This document shows positions 44,996-59,968 of a stretch of 64,000 nt of DNA, one piece after another. The translations under genes and the position numbers were made by a program. A model generated the notes under the pieces. The model saw only the letters and a program-made list of their open reading frames with translations, did no database searches and was not told the DNA's origin. Each line of letters begins with the position of its first letter. Position 1 is the first letter of the stretch. The stretch is from the human T2T-CHM13v2.0 reference genome, Homo sapiens. The stretch lies in assembly GCF_009914755.1 (NCBI RefSeq), contig NC_060928.1; one strand, 5' to 3'.

Positions 44996-47914
44996 AAGTT
45001 TCCAGATTTTACTCATCTTTGTATCTCCATTTATTAGTATAGTACAGGAGCACCATAGATGCTTAATAAGTTGGATAATGCTGGTCATATGCCCAGCAGT
45101 GAAATTACTGTGTGGGGAGGTATCCACATCTTCATCTTCACTGGAGAATGCCAACTTGTTTTGCCAAGTGCTTATGCCAGTTTATATTCCCACCAGCTGT
45201 CTATGAGGGCCCTGGCTGTTGTATATCCTTGACTTGGTATTGTTAGACTTTTCAATTCTTGCCAGTCTCGTTGGTGTCTTTTGAAGGCAGTCCACAGCTT
45301 AAGCAGACTGCAGAGAAGTCATTCTTCCAGCTTCACAAAGCCTAGCACCAGGTAGTGAAGAAGGCACCACCTTAGAGGGGATGATCCGGGGAAGGGTAGG
45401 AGTGTTTCCTGTGTTGGCTGAGGGGGTCAGAGGACCAAAGTCCAGCTAAAGTGGAGGAGAGAGAAAACAGCAAGGAGTGGATTCACGTTGTTGAAAACTT
45501 CTCTTTGCCTTCTATGACATTTCTGTCTTTGGTAGGAACATTTTTGATAATAAGGCAAGTCATTAAAATGAATCTTCTTTGTTACCAGAGTTAATTCTGC
45601 ATTTTAGTTTTGGCCCTACATTTATTTAAAGCCTGAATTTGGGGAGTATCTGCAAAGCACTGAAGGTTTTGGACATTGTCTTTTCCTGCTGTTGAAAGAG
45701 ACCCTCTTCATATATACAACATTCAGGTAATTGCTTCTAAGCTTACTTGAAAGGAAGCTTATCCCTATTTTAAATGAGATTAGAAGTCCTGCCTGAGTGT
45801 TATTTTGGTCTCAGTGCCTTTCAAACAAAGGGATAAGAATGAGTTGTTAGGCTGCTGTGTGCATAGTCGCATAGTCTTATCATAAGACAAAGTTTAGGAA
45901 CTGAAGGTTGTCGTTTAGCATTCAACTCACTAGAGCTAGTAAAAAGAGATTTATCTCCCCACCGCCCTCCACCCATGCCCTCTCCAGAATTTAAAAGCAA
46001 ATGCACACAAAAAAACTTCCTCCTATCAACCTCAAATCCCTTTCATGAAAGTTATGGCAGATGGTTGTGATGCTACTTTGCTGTAGTGCAGATTTGGCAG
46101 AATGCAGCTAGTGCTAATTGCAGTGAGGAAGACAGGAGTCACAATCCCATCCTCTTTTGGGAATTGTCCTGTCTGCTGAAATCTCAAAGAAGAGCACTAG
46201 GAGTAGGAGTAACATTGACTAAAGCAGCTGACATTTACTGGTCACTTACTACTACATGCCAGGCACCATGCTAAGCCCTTTTTACATGCATTTTCTCATT
46301 AATCCTCACAACACTCTAGCACCTTCTCCTGATTTTGGAGCTTAAGGTGGGTAAACATCTTTCCTCAGGTTTCACAGCTAACGTGGTTAATGTAGGGCTT
46401 GGATTTTAGTTCCTTTGACCCTTAAGCTCTGCTAAGATTATCTTGAATCTCTTACCAAGAATAGATGAGAAGGACTCAGGAAAGTGCCAGGTTGACATTG
46501 AGAGAAAGTTGTACTTCAAAAGTAGTCCTTCCTTTTGTTTTGTCATGGGGAAATAAGAGGCAGGAAATGCAGCCAAGCGGGGCTGGTGTAGGTGCTGAGG
46601 GAAGTGTAGTCCTATATTTTGCAGCGAATTTCATAATTGTGTATTTTGAAGGAAAATAAAAGATTCTGCTCTTCTAGGAGCAAGCAAGAGAGTGAATGAG
46701 GAAAAATGGGTGTAAGGACCTTGGAGATCAAAATGCCCAGCGATGCAGACCGTTGCTGAAACTAGACCTTTAAAGTCATGGACATCAGCAGCTACAAGAT
46801 TTAGGGGTCCAACTGGAGTGTACTTTGAAGTGAAAGCTGTGCTAATGGCTGGCTTCTCTCCAATGTGTTGAACTTCTCTCCTGAAAGCTAGATGATTTTA
46901 GTTGCTTTTTTCTTTAGTTCCGGCAGAGCATTGTGATGACCTAGGCCGTATTTATAGTTAGGATTGATAGTTTATTTACAGATACACATCTTTTTTGTGG
47001 TTGCTATTTAATTCTCTTGGTGGGCAGTTTTTATTTGACCAATTGAAGATTCCATTACTGTAACTCAGTTGGAAGAATTTTTGAAGTTTTCTTGAACAAT
47101 AGTCCTTTTTATTATCTTTTTTCATAAATTGTTTTTACTAGTCAGTCAGGGATGAGGCCATACTTCAGGCTGTTTACACAGGATTGTGCTTGGCCAAAGC
47201 ACCCAGAACTCAGATGACTCTCAAGGACTGACTCGTGCCAGATAAACTACAAAAAAAGCTGATAGACCCAGGACGCCAAATTAATAATGAGAATTAGAAA
47301 TCCTAATAAGACTGAGATGCTTTGGTTACCTGGTCACAGTATTCTATCCCTGTAGTAGAATCTGCCCTAGAAACCAAGTTATTTAAGGTTGCTTGCTAAG
47401 CAAGGCAATTGGTTGGGTGAATTTAGTGACAACTGTTATGGAATCTGATCCACCCATCCACTTTTAGGAAAGAATTACTTAGCGGGTCAGATAGCCAGGT
47501 TGACTGATCAGGGTCCCTGTTTTCTCTGGAGAGTGGTGCAGACACATTGGGAAGTCTGGCCTTTTGGTTATCTACTTTCTAAGCTCCTTACTATACAGCA
47601 CAGCATAGTGTCTCTTTCTTTTCCTTTACTTCATCTTTTTTTTGTTAGTTTCACTTTCTTCATCTGTAAATTAGAGATAATGGCAGTACCTGTCTCATAG
47701 AAGATGAAATGAGCCAACATCTGTGAAGCACATAGAAAAGTACCAGACTCAGAGTAAGCTCAAATCAGGTCTTATCTGCTGTTATTATTAATAATGTCAT
47801 TATTAATATTATCAGTCAGGAGTTTCTTTTTATTGCAAGTGAAAGAAACCTGATTCAAACAAGCATAAATAAATAAGCTTAAGTAAACAAAGAAGGGACT
47901 TGTTATACTCTGTA

Positions 47915-48512
47915 TATAGTTAGGTTCTGTAAAGTCATGGTGAATACCATATTAGTGAATACAGAGCCATTGTTTCTGAGGAAATACAGGATTAGGTTCT
48001 TGTAGGCTGTGGTCAAGAGATTTTTATCAGCCAGCTGACGCATAACCTTTTTTTATGTGTGTTTCTGTCTAGACAGCCTATTTAATATATATTTCTTACT
48101 AATATACACAATATTTCTTGGTAATAAAACACTAGTTGAGAAGGGTTTAACATTTTCTTGACCCTGTGTAATGTGACAGTGTTTTTGGCTTTCAGCCTCA
48201 CATCAGTGCTATCCACTGTGATTTTTATTTTTTATGGGTTGTCATCTCATGAATCCACAGATTTAATTGCTTTTCCATTGTATCTATAGCTTCATTATGT
48301 ACTCTGGATATTACTTTAGCTCTCTCCAGGGGAGGCCTCACATACAGATCAGCAGATTTCCTGTTCCATATTTTGGATGTACCCGCTTGTTGATTCATTA
48401 ACATTGAACTCACAGCCAACACTATAACTCATGCATGAAAGAAACTTACCTAATACACATTTTTTTCTCTGTAAGGCACATCACAACCTTCTTGCACCTA
48501 AGAACACTAGAA
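47915..48512 (-). mobile_element. TcMar-Tigger DNA transposon remnant (MER82-related) with decayed transposase N-terminus
   Basis: Minus-strand frames give ...CEFNVNEST..., AKVISRVHNEAIDTMEKQLNLWIHEM, RLKAK, ENVKPFS, typical of the Tigger HTH/CENP-B domain, with frameshifts. Confidence 0.7.
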
Positions 48513-49413
48513 GGTAGGAGAGATAAGACAAATTTATGAAATACTAAAAACGAAAAAATCCATTAATGTGGATAATAGCAATTGAGCAAGTTGGGAAAAA
48601 TAAATTATTTCTAGATTATGTGAGCTTGCTGGTCTATTAGTGTATCATTAGACCACCAACCACCACCACCACTACCCTGCCAGTTTTTCATTTTATTTCT
48701 ACTTCCCTCTCCACAATATTTGTAGTTAATTCAAAGAATAACATTTAATCTTAATACTTTTTTAGTGTAGAGTCTAGACAAGGAATAAAAATCTTGGGAA
48801 GAAGCAGAACTTTCTGTGTAAGACAGCAAATTGAGATTCAGTTTTATATTTTATTTTGGGCCTTTTCATGCCTTTCCTGAAAGCCTCAAGAGTTCAAAGC
48901 ATACCTCAGGATTACAATAAGGCAGTTTTAAAATTGGTATATACCAATTAAGGCCATTGAGTTAAATCCAAAGTACTGTAATTGTTGTCAAGAGAGGTTG
49001 AAAGTACGAGCTTCCTCTGTGTTGTAATCTTTAATTTGTAGCCATTTGGGCATGCTTTTATCTTGGGAGAAAAGAGTTTGTCATTTTAAAAGCTGACTTT
49101 GCATAGAAGAGCCAATTAGCTGTCTCCTTCATATGTTGACAGTTCTCTCCTGTAGATTGGCTGATATATTCAGCTTTGATGTGTTCGCCTAGTATTATAA
49201 TTCAAAGTAAGTCTTCACCATTTCTGTTAGAATCCATCCTCTTTTCATTAGGATGAAATGAATGTACCAATGAAAAGATTAGGGAAGACACCTTTGAAGT
49301 CTGCAATCTTGTCTTGAAATCCTGATATTTTGACCTGTAGGACCTAGAACAGTGATTCTTAATATGGAGAGACTAGCATGTTTAAGAAGTATGATTAGAA
49401 AAGGATATTCAGG

Positions 49414-50418
<1,005 letters not shown>

Positions 50419-50735
50419 ACTGTTTTCTTTCATATCCAGATAAAGTGATTCAAACCCAAGGCGATGCTGATTAGAGATTTAGCGTCTTTCTCAAATTTCT
50501 AAGAATTTCCGAAGGGAAGAAGAATGTTTAGGTTCTCTTATCATGCCTCATCCAAAACTCTTGCTCAGTTGTCAGTCTTCAGGAGGGGCTCTGAGGGCTT
50601 ATTTTCAAGGTTCTTTTTATTCATGCTTGGCAAAATACAGTTATTGTAAGGGTGTTGTGTCTTAACTTTGATAGAAGGTTTGGGATTCTCAAAAGTAGTT
50701 ACAGAACAGGCAACAAGTTCAAACTTGAGTGTTAG

Positions 50736-51158
<423 letters not shown>

Positions 51159-51614
51159 TAATTTGCTATCTTAAATAGGAGCATCTACTGTTTTATAAGG
51201 CATGCTTGGGATTTCCCCCGTCTCCTTTCGTCTCTAAATCTTGGACCTTTCTTTCAAAACCAGAGAGGTGCATGGGGTATTTTCCTTGACAGAAGATCCA
51301 CCCACTTAAGATTTCCAACTTTATCAATAGTCAGAACTTTTGAAGTTATAATATTTCATTTCTGATCAAAGCATTAGATAAAGCTTCCCCTCTTATGTCT
51401 TTGTAAGCAAAAATAATATATTGAAATAATTGATACCTTTCCCATATTAAACTCTAGGGGTTGTTCCCTCCTCCTTTCTGTTGTAGAAAAAATACTTTTG
51501 TGCCTATTATGTTGGTAATAACAATTCTCACAATTAAACTCAAGAAAGCCTTGTTGGCTGATGTGGACCTGCAGAGGCAGTAGACATGTAGCAAGAGAAA
51601 GGAAATTTAAAGAC

Positions 51615-52560
<946 letters not shown>

Positions 52561-53433
52561 TGAATTGGTAGCGAGAGATGAGATTTTTTTTTGTTTGTAT
52601 GAAAGGGAAACATGAATTGTTAAAAGGTAATGAAACTTTAGGCTAGGGTCAGTAATCAGGCAAAAGTTGATTACCTGCTAAATAGAAGAGGTCTGTGTTA
52701 TACTGTGGTCTCTGTTGAAGGAGATTAAAATCTGTTTGGGGAGTTAAGTTATAAAGATATAAAGAGAAAGCTACCAGTTAGGCAGTATAGTAGACATGTC
52801 AGAGGGATGCAGGCTGACTTGTCGCTGCAACAATCCCAGAGTCTCTCAAGTAGGAAGTGAGGCTTGACTCAAATCTGGAACCAAGGGTAAAAGGGAATGG
52901 CAGAGAAGATAACATTTTTTTTTTCTATTTCTCATCTTCACTTCAAGTGGTGAAATACTACTAACCAATCTAATATTAGGGTACCTAAAGGAGTTAATTG
53001 GTTCAAAATTTTTTAAAACATTAAATAAGCAGAAAATTCAAAGGAATGATGCATTGAGAAAGGATAAGGTGAAGTCTTGAGAGTAATTTCAAAACTGTTA
53101 CTAACTTAATGGTTTGCCAAGATTGTTTCAGCCCATCTCCTGTACTCAGTATCCTTTAGCAGTGATCTGAAAACCATATTCTGTCTGTTTACTCATTCAT
53201 TTAAACAAACACAATTTATTTAAACTTCTTTTTTAAACTCTGATTAAAATACAAAATAGCATCATTATAACATAACTGCTTTCAACAGTATTAATATGTT
53301 TTATTTTGAGTTGTAAGATATCTGAAGAATATTAAGGGGAGGGTTATTTTTAAAATTGGTTACATTCATTACTTGATTTTCTATGACCTATTTCTTTTTA
53401 ATTAAAAAATAATTTTTTTAAACTCTCTCCTAG

Positions 53434-53462
53434 GCTACATGATTCCCTGAAAGATAAGAACA
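53434..53462 (+). other. HERC3: 5'UTR part of HERC3 exon 3, containing micro-uORF ATG ATT CCC TGA (53439-53450)
   Basis: Acceptor AG at 53432-53433. The uORF is read directly from the sequence. Confidence 0.85.
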
Positions 53463-53688
53463 ATGTTATGTTGGGGATATTGGTCTCTGGGCCAACCTGG
53501 TATCAGCACCAACCTGCAGGGAATTGTGGCTGAGCCCCAGGTGTGTGGGTTCATATCTGACAGAAGTGTCAAGGAAGTGGCCTGTGGGGGAAACCACTCT
53601 GTGTTCCTGCTGGAAGATGGGGAAGTTTACACATGTGGTTTGAACACCAAGGGGCAACTGGGCCATGAGAGGGAAGGAAACAAGCCAG
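53463..53688 (+). CDS. HERC3: HERC3 first coding exon (N-terminal RCC1-like domain, 75 codons + 1 nt, phase-1 intron follows)
   Basis: Translation MLCWGYWSLGQPGISTNLQGIVAEPQVCGFISDRSVKEVACGGNHSVFLLEDGEVYTCGLNTKGQLGHEREGNKP has RCC1-repeat motifs (VACGGNHS, GLNTKGQLG) and matches the HERC3 N-terminus as I recall it. Acceptor ctctctcctag|G at 53434, donor CCAG|GTAAGT at 53688/53689, A at -3 of the ATG. Confidence 0.95.
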
Positions 53689-53876
53689 GTAAGTGCACCT
53701 TATCTGTCTTGATTATTGGTGAGAATGGAAAGTTGGAGGACACAATGGCAGAGGGCCCAGATGGAGCTTTCTCCACCAAGTGTTCGGTTTTCAGGGAGGC
53801 TCTTTTGAACGGTGCAGGGATTCCTTCCTGTTTGGAACCCTTGTGTCTAATTCAAGCCTTTTGATGGAAAAGCAGA

Positions 53877-53877
<1 letters not shown>

Positions 53878-53908
<31 letters not shown>

Positions 53909-54062
53909 GAGATATGGTCTCGCTCCGTCGCCCAGGCTTGAGTGCAGTGGTGAGATCTTGGCTCACTGCAACCTCCACCTCCCAGGTTCAGGCAATTTTC
54001 ATGCCTCAGCCACCTGACTAGCTGGGATTACAGACATGCGCCACCACAAGACTTTTTATTTT
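53878..54062 (-). mobile_element. Alu right-arm fragment
   Basis: Poly-T followed by an antisense right monomer only. Confidence 0.8.
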
Positions 54063-54154
54063 TTATCTTCTTAGAGAACATATGTAATATCAGTTACCTG
54101 GGGAGGGGAGGTGACTAGTTAGTTCAGAGTTAGAATAAAATAGATTTTGCCCGT

Positions 54155-54497
54155 TGTATTAGTCGGTTTTCACACTGCTGATAAGACATACCCAAGACTG
54201 GGCAGTTTAGAAAAGAAAGAGGTTTATTGGGTTTACAGTTCCACGTGGCTGGGGAGGCCTCACAATCATGGCAGAAGGTGAAAGGCATGTTTCACATGGC
54301 GGCAGACAAGAGAAGAGAGCTTGTGCAGGGAGACTCCCATTTTTAAAACCATCAGATCTCTTAAGACTCATTCACTATTATGAGAACAGCACAGGAAAGA
54401 CCTGCCCCCATAATTCATTTACCTCCCACTGGATCCCTCCCATAACATGTGGGAATTCAAGATGAGATTTGGGTGGGGACACAGCCAAATCATATCA
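54155..54497 (-). mobile_element. THE1 (THE1B-like) solo LTR
   Basis: tgtattagtc...gggacacagccaaatcatatca, the antisense of the THE1 LTR that starts TGATATG. Confidence 0.88.
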
Positions 54498-54811
54498 TCC
54501 AGTAATTTAATGCTGAGAAATATGACAGTTTTTTGAATAGGTAATCCTCACACAATCACTATCAGAAACTTTACTTCCTGATTACCTATATTCATTCCTT
54601 TGTTTCTGCAACATGCTCTTACATGTTTTGTGCTAAGCAATGCGATTGCTGTTATGAGTGGAGGGATGAATGAGATATGGTGATGATGTGGCTGCAGTGA
54701 TCCTTATGGCAAATGCTGTCATGCAAGTCTGTGTTATGTAAGTTGAAGAGTACACCAGAGGTGTAGGGGAGGGGAGATTGGTTCTGCCTTTGGGTGTTGA
54801 GTAGCACTTTG

Positions 54812-54835
54812 GTGTGTGTGTGTGTGTGTGTGTGT
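54812..54835. repeat. (TG)n microsatellite
   Basis: Direct inspection. Confidence 0.9.
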
Positions 54836-55104
54836 ATGCATGTGCACTTGGGTGTATGAATGAATGTGGCAGCATCACTAAGCTTATTGCACACCTGATA
54901 CCCAGTGATGTGAATATAAAGGTGCAATACTTGTTCAAGGCATGTTGAATAGTGTGGTGAGACTGGGAAGAGAGGGTGATGGAAGAGGATAAGCTGGAAA
55001 GGTAGGGGGACTAATTCGTTTCCTTAAATTTCAGTGCTTTTAATTGATTTATAACAGGTGCTACACATATTTTAAGCTTGTTGATTTTATTTTTTTCCAC
55101 CTAT

Positions 55105-55408
55105 TTTTACATTTTTTTTTGAGACAGGATCTGGCTCTGTCGCCCAGGCTGGAGTGCAGTGGTGCCATCTTGAGTCACCGCAACCTCCGCCTCCCAGGCT
55201 GCAGATATCCTCTCAGTCTCAGTCTCCTGAGTAGCTACAACTACAGGCATGTGCCAATACACCTGCTAATTTTTTAATTTTTGTTTTAGTAGAGACGGAG
55301 TTTTGCCATGTTGTCCAGGCTGGTCTCAAACTCTTGAGCTCAAGCAATCTGCCTGCCTTGGCCTCCCAAAGTGCTGGCATTACAGGTGCGAACCACTGTT
55401 CCTGGCCC
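55105..55408 (-). mobile_element. AluJ
   Basis: Diverged antisense dimer. Confidence 0.85.
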
Positions 55409-56647
55409 TATTTTTACTTTTAAAGAATCTAAGTTTGACTTTCAGTATATGTGTAGCATGGATTTATAAGGTCCTCTTAGTAGTGAGGATGTGTAAATGA
55501 ATCTTCTTTTGGTGAGAAATTTTAAGGTAGGGTCTTAAATTGTGACCACATATTTGTCACACTAGCATAGGTGTTTGCCCCTTTTTTTGTTACCTGCCAT
55601 TCTTTTCATTCAATACAGATCATTCCAGACACTGAAGCTTCATTAAAGAATAACCTTACAGTTTTTTCTAGATGATTTTATCATTTTATTTGGCATCAAT
55701 ACGAATTAAATTTTTTCTGTGACACTGTCTCCCTCTTCTCTCACGTTTATTATTCCCTTCCATAGTAAGTGACCATGTTCCGTAGTTTCCCTGCCCAAAA
55801 TGTCAGTGTAAATTTATAATCGTTAATTTTTATGTTGCCCATTGGAAAGAGGGCTGCAGGGCTTAGGCACAATTGTGAAGGATGTGAAGTGTGGTTGATG
55901 AGCTTCCAATTCCTCATTCTTTGCCACCAGGTTCCTTCAGGAAGCCCGCTGTGAGAAATGCACCAGGCCTACTCATCTGGGGGCAGTACCCCATGTTCTA
56001 GTCAGGGGTTTCTTAACCTGAGGACCCTGAAATCTTGGGATTTCAAGGAAGGGGTTTGTAGAGTCATCTACAGATGAACACCATTCCATGTACAGTGCAC
56101 TCAATACTATAGGTTTTCAAATTATTCTGTTGTTTACTAAAATGAAAATTCAGTTGAAAATGCCACTAATTCAGAAATTAGTAAATCCTATTTATTATGT
56201 ATTTTACCAATTAATAGAATACAAAGGTATCATATACAACTACCATGGAGGTGGCAGGAAGAAGATTGACTTTTTCAAATGGTCTTCATACTGGAACAGA
56301 TTAAAAACCAAGTCTTCTTTCTTTTCCTCCTGTTAAAACTCACTTGTGTCTCACATTAAGCTCCTAAATGTGCCCTCTGTTTCCCTAGGCCAGAGCCAGT
56401 GTCTAACAAGTAATGCATTTGGAGGGTCATGGCCCAACAGTCTACATTCAGCCAGGATTTAGGAACTTCATTCCAATGATCTTTGAAGGACTTGTACAAC
56501 TCTAGCCAGCCTTTGAAGGGAGTATTTTGGGAACTGGGAAGAGATCTTTCTAGTCCTCCCATGGAGACAGCAAGGTTATGGTGAAGTTTGGAATCAGATA
56601 AAACTAATGGAGGCATTACATCTCTAATCTAAAATGAGGATTATAGT

Positions 56648-56975
56648 CTAGGTGTGGTGGCACACACCTGTAATCCCATCACTTTGGGAGGCCAAGGCCA
56701 GAGGATTGCTTGCCAAGGAGTTGGGGACCAGCCTGGGCAACATACAGATGCAAAAAAAAAAAAAAAAAAAAATTAGCTGGGCATGGTGGTGTGTACCTGT
56801 TGTTCCTGCTACTTGGGAGGTTGAGGTTGGAAGGTCACTTGAGCCCTGGAGATCAAAACTGTGGTGAGCTGTGATTGCATCATTGCACTCCAGCCTGGGC
56901 AACAGAGCAAGACTCTGTCTCAAAACAAAACAAACAACAACAACAAAAAACCCCAAAATAAATAAATAAATAAAA
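56648..56975 (+). mobile_element. AluJ inserted into a MIR
   Basis: Dimer. TSD aaaatg(a/g)ggattata. Confidence 0.85.
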
Positions 56976-57330
56976 ATGGGGATTATAATACTCTTTCATA
57001 GGTAGAGTAATCTGTGTAAATATTGAATGCAGTGTCTGGCAGTTTTATATCATGCCTCAGAAATTATGCTACCGTGCAGTTTCACCATCCCGTGTAAAGG
57101 CTGATACTGTCTCTGGAGTTACAGGGAAAGAAGCCTAAGCTGGGAGTTTGAGAACTGGGATCTAGTTTTTTATCTACCAGGAAATAATTGCCTGTCCCTG
57201 GGCAAGTTTCTTCCTATTTCTGAGTCACAGTTCCCTTTCCTGTAAAAGGAGTAGACTTCCTGTTCTAATCAGATAGTTCTTGGTGAAGGGGATTCACATG
57301 ATAAAGAAGACACCACAAAACTGCTGGTAG

Positions 57331-58212
<882 letters not shown>

Positions 58213-59926
58213 GTAGCCAGTGATGGCCACCCTCTTCCCACCCTCCTTGTCTGTCTTCTCTGTGGCTTGGTCTTCTATCAGGCAGCCTCACTGCAGAGTC
58301 AGTTGCTCAGATATGCCTCAGTGCACACCTTGGTCTTGGAACTTGGGGGAGAGGATTCACCCTGGGGTAGCAGCTGGGAAAGGAAGCAAAAACCTCGCAG
58401 AACAATGATAGCAAAGATCTGTAGAAGGCATCATAATGAATACATCTGAGTGCAACGAGACATTTCTCTAGCACAGCCTCCTGATGCAGCTCCAAGGAGC
58501 TAATGGTAGGTGTTGCTGGGCCTCTGGATGTGAGTGAGCTCTGGCAAAGCAGCCGCACTGCGTCTGTCTGCATACTGGGTCAGCTGGCCCTCAGTCATCC
58601 TGCAGACGCCCTCCCCACAGGGCTGAGTGACTGCAAGAATCCCAAGCTAGAGGTGTGCCAAGAAGGCTTTGGGATTCAGCCTCGGAATCCAGCCCATGCT
58701 TGTGATCTAAATTTGGAATAAGGCAGGCTGTAGTGTAAATTACAAGAGATTCCAGAAATTTCTGTTGTTGGTTAAGCTTGTCTGTTAATTATAAACTCCA
58801 TAGCAGCTTGGAATAATGCCTCTTTGAATGGAAAGATTATGTGGGTGGGTGCCTCCCTCTCTCCATTTAACTTTTTCGTTGGTAGGTGTGTTCTAAATCT
58901 GGATATGATTTGCGTTTGTTTTTAATGAGTGGGAAGAAGAGAATGAACTTGTTTTCTGTGTTTGCTTATTGAGAACCATGACCTGGAGAGCTGCTAGACA
59001 TGGAAGGGAAGTCTGTGGCAGGCCTAGTTTGTTACAGGTATCTGTTGGTCTTGGCCCACAGGAATGCTACCCCCAAGTAGCTTCTGTGGTATTTGGGAAG
59101 GGAACATGATGGAAGGCCCCTTCCTTAAAAGAGGATTTTTCTGGGGGTTATGGGCAGGTCTGTGATTTCAGCTTGGTATCATTGCCCAGATTGGTTGACT
59201 TTGAAATATGAAGGATTTTAAAAAGTGAGTGTATGACTGTTCCTCTAAGGCTTTGAGAGTGTGAAGAAGTGAGTTGAAGGAGTTAATTCCATGGTGGCCA
59301 ACTCCAAGTGGCTTACAGAGTTTTGAACCCAAGTGGCAAACTTAAGTTTCTTTTTCTTGCTTTGCAGTACTGGCTGTGAATGGAGTAATGCCTGACCATC
59401 AACACTTACTTTGCTGATTGGACTTGTTAATATTTCTAGTCCTAGCAGGGTGTCCACCAGCATGGGTATGGTCATCTAGCACTAGTCTGGAGGAGAATTT
59501 ATTTCATTGCCTTGAAACTTTGTTTCCTGTTAAAATGCAAACAACCCTGGGAGCCACATAATCTGACCTTCCTGAGGGGAAGGAAAGTTGAAAGAAGGTA
59601 CTGGTGTAGGAGATGCACCTGGACAAGTCTTCTAATGTGTGCCTTGATTCTGTCCTGCTAGTCATCATATACCATGTTATACACTCTGTCTCTAACTGGT
59701 TCAGCTGCAAGGCACATCAATTCATTTTTTTGGGATGCATTCTGTAGATGTGCCAGAGCAGTGATATAAAGCACCTCTCAGTGATTCTAAGGGTTTTGGA
59801 GATCCTTTTTTTCCTTCTTAAGAATATGTAACAGTTAACTATTGCTGTTGCTGACCCTGAGACTACTGTGGTTTCTTTGTACTCTCATTTCTGTACTTCT
59901 CACATTAGCAATACCCTTATGTGACC

Positions 59927-59929
<3 letters not shown>

Positions 59930-59967
<38 letters not shown>
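59930..59967. repeat. (TG)19 microsatellite
   Basis: Direct inspection; perfect tract. Confidence 0.9.
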
Positions 59968-59968
<1 letters not shown>

